Source: a virus. From it: a stretch of DNA of 36,852 bases. The translations under genes were made by a program, and so were the position numbers. This document shows positions 16,253 to 20,956 of the stretch, one piece after another; the stretch's first letter is position 1; each line of letters opens with the position of its first letter. The stretch is taken from positions 1 through 36,852 of the IMG/VR virus record IMGVR_UViG_3300009537_001787; one strand, written 5' to 3'. The notes beneath the pieces are model-generated. The model saw only the letters and a list, made by a program, of their open reading frames with translations, had not been told where the DNA came from and did no database searches.

Positions 16253-16465
16253 CTAGTTAGTTAGTTCAATCAGATGCTCCAATTCTGCTACAGCTTCGGT
16301 AAAGGATTCGAGCATCCCCTGCACCTCTTTCATGCTGTTGAAAAAGAAGCTAACGCTGTTGTTCTTGGATTGAACGCTGACGGTATAGCAGGAAGGCAAG
16401 TCTCGGATTACTATTTTCGGGGTATCATTGTGAAGGTGGATCTCGGTCGAAGTGTAGTTAGCCAT
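16253..16465 (-). CDS. First early-leftward gene, hypothetical (70 aa)
   Basis: ATG 16465 is preceded by GGAGGTTCACCCG (the track start is 16480). It is the first ORF after the divergent intergenic region. Confidence 0.55.
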   Translation of the reverse strand: MANYTSTEIHLHNDTPKIVIRDLPSCYTVSVQSKNNSVSFFFNSMKEVQGMLESFTEAVAELEHLIELTN

Positions 16466-16716
16466 CGGGTGAACCTCCATTTCTTTGATATGCTTAGTAT
16501 ACTACACCATGCTACTGATGTATATACTTTTCAGGTGTGCTTCTGGTTCCAATATGGTGAACTTTTGGGGTCAGAATAGGGAAGGTTCGAAGGCTAGGGG
16601 GAACTAAGTAAGTTGAAGCGAAGCAGGGGAATTGATAGGATAAACCCATAGCGTATGAAACACCGGCCTGAGGGATGCACGTACAGCGCCCTCTGGCCGT
16701 TATCCGGGGGGGAAAG
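16466..16716. promoter_or_regulatory. Divergent control region between the - strand early block and the + strand block
   Basis: This 251-nt non-coding gap is flanked by diverging genes and contains the 10-bp palindrome TAGTATACTA (16495-16504). The leftward sigma70-like candidate is TATACA-N17-TATACT (the - strand of 16496-16524). The rightward candidate is TTGATA (16632-37)-N16-TATGAA (16654-59). Host promoter rules are unknown. Confidence 0.4.
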
Positions 16717-17193
16717 ATGCAAGACCAGCTAGGCGTAAGCTTGGAAAGTGACGGTTTCCCAGCAGGTGCTAATTCTGCTCAGCGGGAGATGTGGGCTAAC
16801 CAGGAATTGTTTCTCCGGGCCTATGCAATGTGCGGCAAGCGTACCAGGTCAGCGGATAGCGCAGGGGTTAGTGTCGAAGCTGTGGAAAGGTGGGTGTCAT
16901 CGGATGTGTATTCTTTCAAGAAAAGAATGGCAGCAAGTCATGCCCGTTACGTGGAGAAATTAGAGGCAGAAATGGACGCAACAATCGAGGCAAAACCGAC
17001 TAACGCAGCCATCCTGCAAATCTTCCGATTGAAGGCTGAACATCCAGAGAAATACCGGGAAGAAGTCAAGGTGATTAGCAATGAGGCGCCGGCATTAATG
17101 TGGATGAGATTGAGGGAACTGGCTGGTGATAAGGGTGCTGTGGTTGAGGGAGAAGTTACGGAGTTGAATTCTGGTGATAGTGATACAGTGTAG
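16717..17193 (+). CDS. HTH protein resembling small-terminase (Terminase_2-like) N-terminal domains (158 aa)
   Basis: NQELFLRAYAMCGKRTRSADSAGVSVEAVERWVSSDVYSFKKRM follows the pattern qe.F...Y...g....A...aGvs...v..W. The later LKAEHPEKYREE motif is also common in TerS-like proteins. However, the gene lies 3.7 kb upstream of terL. ATG 16717 is preceded by a G-rich SD. Confidence 0.5.
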   Translation: MQDQLGVSLESDGFPAGANSAQREMWANQELFLRAYAMCGKRTRSADSAGVSVEAVERWVSSDVYSFKKRMAASHARYVEKLEAEMDATIEAKPTNAAILQIFRLKAEHPEKYREEVKVISNEAPALMWMRLRELAGDKGAVVEGEVTELNSGDSDTV

Positions 17194-17210
17194 CTTGTTT
17201 CTGCTGTTCT

Positions 17211-17224
17211 AGTTACTAGTAACT
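17211..17224. promoter_or_regulatory. Perfect 14-bp palindrome AGTTACTAGTAACT
   Basis: Self-complementary on inspection. It begins 18 nt after the stop at 17193 and shares the TACTAGTA core with the loop of the prim-pol inverted repeat. Confidence 0.7.
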
Positions 17225-17244
17225 TGTATCTATATTATCTCTAT

Positions 17245-17259
17245 ACGTTATCGCCGACA
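17245..17259 (+). promoter_or_regulatory. Third copy of the 15-nt motif ACGTTATCNCCGACA
   Basis: ACGTTATCGCCGACA matches 14 of 15 positions of the arm of the 11175-11236 inverted repeat (ACGTTATCTCCGACA). The sub-motif CGCCGACAT recurs at 17329-17337. Confidence 0.7.
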
Positions 17260-17351
17260 TTATGATGTAGCTTACCTGGTTCTTGCTCTCTAATTAGGGG
17301 GGTGTTGAGCTATAAGCCACCGGATAAACGCCGACATAAAGTGAGGTAGTC

Positions 17352-17444
17352 ATGGATCGTGATAATGGTTGTTTCTTGTCTGGTTGTCTGTTACTGATTT
17401 GTCTGATTGCTGGTATTGCTGTTGGTCTGAGTATGCTCTGGTAA
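17352..17444 (+). CDS. Possible 30-aa single-TM micro-protein (MDRDNGCFLSGCLLLICLIAGIAVGLSMLW)
   Basis: ATG is preceded by GTGAGGTAGTC, followed by a hydrophobic stretch. It lies in an A-poor region where open frames are cheap, so support is weak. Confidence 0.3.
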   Translation: MDRDNGCFLSGCLLLICLIAGIAVGLSMLW

Positions 17445-17580
17445 GTGTTCTGCTGGTGTCTCAACAAGTGTTCTCCAAGTGTCTCAACAAGTGCATCTAA
17501 AGTGTTCTAACAAGTGTCTTGCTGGTGTTCTGCTGAGTGTATCTCTGGTGTCCTAGCAAGTGTCTCTGAGGTGGTTTCTT
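17443..17580. repeat. Six contiguous degenerate 23-bp tandem repeats; GTGT cores phased at alternating 11/12-nt spacing
   Basis: The units start at 17443, 17466, 17489, 17512, 17535 and 17558 (aagtgttctgctggtgtctcaac, aagtgttctccaagtgtctcaac, and so on). GTGT (once GTGC) begins at 17445, 17456, 17468, 17479, 17491, 17502, 17514, 17525, 17537, 17548 and 17560, and GTGG at 17571. Confidence 0.9.
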
Positions 17581-17995
17581 GCTGCATCGCTGGTTGTTGC
17601 TCTCTTGATCGTGCTGATTGGATGGCCCACTGTTCTTGGCTTGCTGGTCGTTTGTCTGCTGTCTCGCTGGTGGTCTGATCGATGATGTCTGCTCTGGTGG
17701 TCGTTGCCTTCCTGCTCTCTTTGCTTGTTGTGGCTGCTTCTCTGGTTCTCTTGCTCTTCTCTCGCTGCTACTCTGCCTCTCTGATCTGCTGGCTCGTTGC
17801 TCTACTGTCCTCTCTGCTTACTCTGGTCCTCTTCCTTCTTGCTATTCTGTCCTTCTGCTCTCTGTTCTCGTATGGCCTCTTGTCTCCTTGTTAGCTGCTG
17901 TCCTGGTTCTTGCTTCTCTGTCTTCTGCTTCTTTGTCTTCTGTTCTGGGCTGGTAGGGTGTCTCTCTTTTTTGTCTGTGTGCCTTGTTATGGGGG
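17571..17995 (+). other. Adenine-depleted tract on the + strand, with no stop codons in most frames
   Basis: By hand count there are 18 A in the 420 nt from 17581 to 18000 (about 4 percent), and none in 17701-17760. The remainder is T/C/G-rich, and overlapping L/S/C/V-rich ORFs appear in all three + frames. Confidence 0.9.
17682..17894 (+). CDS. Possible 70-aa two-TM hyper-hydrophobic protein (holin-like topology), inside the A-depleted tract
   Basis: Tandem ATG ATG start with GGTGG 9 nt upstream. In this frame 40 of 70 codons have T at position 2, a membrane-protein-like period-3 signal. Only 1 of 70 codons ends in A, which argues for a nucleotide-level constraint instead. Confidence 0.3.
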   Translation: MMSALVVVAFLLSLLVVAASLVLLLFSRCYSASLICWLVALLSSLLTLVLFLLAILSFCSLFSYGLLSPC

Positions 17996-18124
17996 TATGG
18001 CTTATGAATGTTGTGTTTTAGCTGGTGCCTACCCCCCTGACTGCTACTTTCAAGAAAAGAGCTTCTTGCTAAGATCTGGCAGGCTGATTACAATGGAGCG
18101 CAACACGTATGGATCTGAGGAGTA

Positions 18125-18421
18125 ATGTGGATCGGCTGGGCCAGTCCTGAGAGGTTAACACCGAGGCAGATGGAGTGTGCGGAGCTAGTAGCCATGGGAT
18201 GCTCTAATATGGAGATAGGGCGCCGCATGAAGATCAAGATCGAGTCGGTAGAGAACATGATCCATCAGATATTACAGAAGCTGGGATACGAGAGTGATTT
18301 ACGTTGGAATGTCCGGGTAAGGTTAGCGAACTGGGTAAACTTTGGGAGTGAAACAGATGAGATACATGTTTATAGTTATGTTGATGATGATGGGATGTGC
18401 CGGATCGAGTCAGCTTCCTGA
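18125..18421 (+). CDS. LuxR/GerE-type (sigma-70 region-4-like) HTH protein (98 aa)
   Basis: LTPRQMECAELVAMGCSNMEIGRRMKIKIESVENMIHQILQKLG matches the LuxR-C/GerE HTH signature. The SD is GAGGAG. Confidence 0.8.
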   Translation: MWIGWASPERLTPRQMECAELVAMGCSNMEIGRRMKIKIESVENMIHQILQKLGYESDLRWNVRVRLANWVNFGSETDEIHVYSYVDDDGMCRIESAS

Positions 18422-18797
18422 TGTGGTATTGGAGGATGACGCCCCTATTATGAGGATCCAGGCTGTGGAGGAGGGGTCCAGAAAGGTTGATGCTGAGGTA
18501 TCAGACAGGTCTGAGTGGTTGGACACCTGCCGGGAGTTGGTATTTATTCGGGAGGATGTAGAGGATAGGGGAAGTGGGCCTGACCATTCTCTGGGGGTTA
18601 CTGCGGAGGAGTTGAAGGATGCTGATGAATGGGTCTGGAACCTGGACAGCAGACCAGAGGAAGGGACATCGTTTTTAGCGGACGTGGAGGAGGAGGAAGC
18701 CTGGTTATGTGGGGTAGCAGGGGATTACCGCATTGAGGTTTCTGCTTACCGGGACGGTGTGGGGAGGGATTACTATATAGAGTTCGAGGTTAGGTAA
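18357..18797 (+). CDS. Acidic lipoprotein (146 aa)
   Basis: MRYMFIVMLMMMGCAGS is a signal peptide with a lipobox-like MMGC. GGGAG lies upstream. The mature part is rich in D/E. The gene overlaps the LuxR-type gene by 65 nt in another frame. Confidence 0.65.
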   Translation: MRYMFIVMLMMMGCAGSSQLPDVVLEDDAPIMRIQAVEEGSRKVDAEVSDRSEWLDTCRELVFIREDVEDRGSGPDHSLGVTAEELKDADEWVWNLDSRPEEGTSFLADVEEEEAWLCGVAGDYRIEVSAYRDGVGRDYYIEFEVR

Positions 18798-18897
18798 TAT
18801 CAAGACTCACTGTATCTGGGGTCATGAGTACACGGAGGAGAATACGGGCAGGTGTTCTCGAGATTCTCCCAGGTATTATTGCCGGATTTGCGCCCGG

Positions 18898-19233
18898 ATG
18901 CGGTGGCACGAGAGCAAGAGGAAGGAGATACCGGACAGGATGCCTGAGACTCCGCCCCAGTTGGGGAAGAATGGCAGGAAGTTGAAGACTCATTGCAAGA
19001 AGGGGCACCCGTTGAATCTGATCAGCACAGGGCAGAGCCCTCATCAGCGCCGGTGTCTTGTTTGTGTCTCGGAGAGGAACCGTCGTGCGTATCTGGCCAG
19101 GAAGGAAGCTGCCGGGACGAAAAAGAAGCCCAGAAAGACGTATTGTATCAGGGGGCATCGCTTTTCCAGGGATAACATTTACTGGGCTCGGACATGCAAG
19201 GAGTGTGTCAGGCTGAGGCAGGTAACGTTGTAG
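18898..19233 (+). CDS. Zinc-binding protein with repeated KT(H/Y)CxxGH...CxxC modules (111 aa from the first ATG; probably longer)
   Basis: The modules are KTHCKKGHPLN...RRCLVCVSERNRR and KTYCIRGHRFSRDNIYW.RTCKECVRLR. A third in-frame module, KTHCIWGHEYTEEN...YYCRICARMRW, lies upstream of the first ATG in an open frame that begins at 18781. Confidence 0.65.
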   Translation: MRWHESKRKEIPDRMPETPPQLGKNGRKLKTHCKKGHPLNLISTGQSPHQRRCLVCVSERNRRAYLARKEAAGTKKKPRKTYCIRGHRFSRDNIYWARTCKECVRLRQVTL

Positions 19234-19340
19234 TGAAGAAGTTAGAGAAGCTGTGTATACTGGGGGTTATATTCTCTGGATTGTCGATGATATCCAGTTT
19301 TATTGTGATGGGGATTCTACTTTCGTTGGTTAATCCATAG
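19233..19340 (+). CDS. Possible 35-aa single-TM protein (VKKLEKLCILGVIFSGLSMISSFIVMGILLSLVNP), absent from the ORF track
   Basis: The GTG start sits in a TAGTG overlap, the same junction used at 69 and 5501. The ORF fills the gap before the strong RBS of the next gene. Confidence 0.35.
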   Translation: MKKLEKLCILGVIFSGLSMISSFIVMGILLSLVNP

Positions 19341-19350
19341 AGGAGGAGAT

Positions 19351-19533
19351 ATGAAGACTCTGGTACGTAGCGCTTTTGACATGGCATTTGAGGGGTTGGA
19401 TGTAGCATTGAGGCTGCTGACCACGGCCTATGGGCTGGTAACTGGCTCTGGGGAGAATGTTCTGGAGACGGTACACCGGCAGGTATCTCTGTTGAGGAAG
19501 GCTGTTGACGATGCTGTGGACGGGCTGAACTAA
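19351..19533 (+). CDS. Hypothetical helical protein (60 aa)
   Basis: Strong RBS: GAGGAGGAGATATG. Confidence 0.65.
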   Translation: MKTLVRSAFDMAFEGLDVALRLLTTAYGLVTGSGENVLETVHRQVSLLRKAVDDAVDGLN

Positions 19534-19600
19534 TGCCGAAGAAGACGAAGCCCAACCGTTGAGCTAAAACCGGCAAGATTCTTCCTGGACGGAAGAAGTA

Positions 19601-19780
19601 ATGGTGGTCTCCTGGTGCCCTCTATGTGGCACTGGAATGCCTGAAGAAGAGTGGATTCTCAACTTCTGGCCTGCCTGTTCGCAGGACTGCTATACGAAGT
19701 ACCACACTCTGGTACAGGACTTGCTGGTAATGATGGGGCAGAAAGGCCGGGATGCCGAGGCCGAAGAACAACAAGGCTGA
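19601..19780 (+). CDS. Possible zinc-ribbon protein (59 aa, MVVSWCPLCGTGMPEEEW...CSQDC...), absent from the ORF track
   Basis: ATG follows TAA (TAATG). It has CPLC...C..DC and fills an otherwise non-coding stretch. Confidence 0.4.
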   Translation: MVVSWCPLCGTGMPEEEWILNFWPACSQDCYTKYHTLVQDLLVMMGQKGRDAEAEEQQG

Positions 19781-20003
19781 GACTCCCCGCAAGCCATCGA
19801 AGACCCGGTGGGTCCGGGCCCGGGCCGGGGATCACGCTGTGATGGAGTGGTTCCCTGCCGGGACTACCTGGAATGTGGTGGATGTGGTGATGAAGGGTGA
19901 CGGATATATCTTTGTCCACTTTGAGCAGGTAGAGACTCAGACCAATCTGCACTATGGGAAGACTTACGAAAGACGCAGCGAAGGTGGACGTCATCTTTCC
20001 TAG
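19752..20003 (+). CDS. Hypothetical protein with a basic N-terminus (83 aa)
   Basis: ORF-track entry, co-oriented. It overlaps the preceding small ORF by 29 nt, so the start is uncertain. Confidence 0.5.
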   Translation: MPRPKNNKAETPRKPSKTRWVRARAGDHAVMEWFPAGTTWNVVDVVMKGDGYIFVHFEQVETQTNLHYGKTYERRSEGGRHLS

Positions 20004-20042
20004 GTGATTGATATTAGTGGTGATTTTTGTCACGATTAGGGC

Positions 20043-20405
20043 ATGACAATAGAAGAGCGGGTAGCTCAGCTAGAATCTCGGCTAGACAGTTTAAGCTTAG
20101 AAATAACCCGCCGGGCCAAGGCGCATAACGAGATCCATGAACATCAGCAGGTTGCTATCGACACCGCCAAGTCAGATGTTGACCGCAGGCTGCACGATAT
20201 GAATAACATCAGAGCCCAGTTAATGACTCAGTCCAACACTTTTGTCAGCAGAGAGACCAGTGAAGTCTGGAGGTCTGCTTATGATACCCGTGTCCGTGCC
20301 CTGGAGAATCGCAACGCCAATTTGGATGGCAAGCTCTGGGCTGGTGGTGCGCTGGTTATTATTGTAGTGACCCTGATTTCGGGAGCTTTCAGGTTTATAG
20401 GATAG
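20043..20405 (+). CDS. Coiled-coil protein with a C-terminal TM anchor (120 aa)
   Basis: The N-terminal 95 aa are helical and heptad-like. The C-terminus WAGGALVIIVVTLISGAF is hydrophobic. Confidence 0.6.
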   Translation: MTIEERVAQLESRLDSLSLEITRRAKAHNEIHEHQQVAIDTAKSDVDRRLHDMNNIRAQLMTQSNTFVSRETSEVWRSAYDTRVRALENRNANLDGKLWAGGALVIIVVTLISGAFRFIG

Positions 20406-20414
20406 GAGGAAGAG

Positions 20415-20552
20415 ATGCCAAAGGGAATAGGGTACCCGGACAACAAGGGAACGGCCCGTAAGAACAAGCCCAAGAAGACGGGTCTGGACAGGGCGGCTGA
20501 CATGTCGGGTCGCACCTTTAGCAATAAGGGGAAGGCCAAGGGCAAGAAGTAA
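20415..20552 (+). CDS. Small highly basic protein (45 aa, K/R/G-rich), absent from the ORF track
   Basis: Strong RBS AGGAGGAAGAG. The stop forms a TAATG overlap with the next gene. Confidence 0.5.
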   Translation: MPKGIGYPDNKGTARKNKPKKTGLDRAADMSGRTFSNKGKAKGKK

Positions 20553-20956
20553 TGGTTACAAAACTGGCAGAGGAATGGGCCAGGTCCCGATCAGACCAGA
20601 ATGAGTTGGGTGTTCAGACAATGTTATCCGCATCTTTGCGTAATGGCATTACTGGAGAGATGGACAATCTCATCCTCAGACAGATGGATCATGCTATTGC
20701 CAAAAAATGCCTGACTGATGGGACAAGTCCCAGGTCTGCCATTATTGAGGAAGAGCGTGATGCTTCCAGGAGAGCGTGGGAATACACACTCCGGGTACAG
20801 ACAGAGAAAACCCCGACTCTGGCTGGATTCAGCATGGATCTTATCGAGGAATTAGCCGAGGCCAAGCGCATTTTGAGATTCCCCTGGTGGAAGCTGGCCT
20901 GGTGGCGAATAAGGGGACGCCCAATATCCGGTTACCCCTGGCAGTTGATCGAATAG
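20552..20956 (+). CDS. Hypothetical protein (134 aa); positional candidate for the small terminase subunit
   Basis: It lies immediately upstream of terL and overlaps it. No HTH was recognised by eye. Confidence 0.55.
   Translation: MVTKLAEEWARSRSDQNELGVQTMLSASLRNGITGEMDNLILRQMDHAIAKKCLTDGTSPRSAIIEEERDASRRAWEYTLRVQTEKTPTLAGFSMDLIEELAEAKRILRFPWWKLAWWRIRGRPISGYPWQLIE

Noticed and set aside
16584-16591. GGTTCGAA (a tRNA T-loop-like sequence) in the divergent intergenic region
   Set aside because: The flanking bases cannot form a T-stem, and no acceptor or anticodon arms could be drawn. It is not a tRNA.
17443-17580. The tandem repeats as a CRISPR array
   Set aside because: The units are contiguous 23-mers with no unique spacers, the repeats are degenerate, and no cas genes are present.
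17892-17894. In-frame TAG between ORFs 17682-17894 and 17910-18125 as evidence for stop-codon reassignment
   Set aside because: TAG clearly terminates several well-supported genes here (for example those ending at 36822, 5501, 19233 and 3463), so genome-wide TAG recoding is unlikely. Local readthrough remains untestable from sequence.
17571-17995. The A-depleted tract as the variable repeat of a diversity-generating retroelement, or as the product of adenine-directed hypermutation
   Set aside because: The window, which is the whole genome, has no reverse transcriptase gene and no adenine-containing template repeat. The tract is also much longer than typical DGR variable regions.
18790-19158. 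122-aa - strand ORF opposite the zinc-finger gene
   Set aside because: The + strand frame encodes three clearly repeated Cys/His modules. The - strand translation is featureless P/L/R-rich and would be the only reverse gene in a + strand block.
19534-19563. 9-codon ORF (MPKKTKPNR) starting in a TAATG overlap after gene 19351-19533
   Set aside because: It is too short to support and may be a chance ORF. It is noted only because of the coupling-type junction.
20776-20901. ATG 20776 as the terL start (ORF-track start)
   Set aside because: It would overlap the upstream 134-aa gene by 181 nt, far beyond the other overlaps in this genome. GTG 20902 or GTG 20887 still leaves the Walker A about 60 aa from the N-terminus. 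This is not excluded, only less likely.
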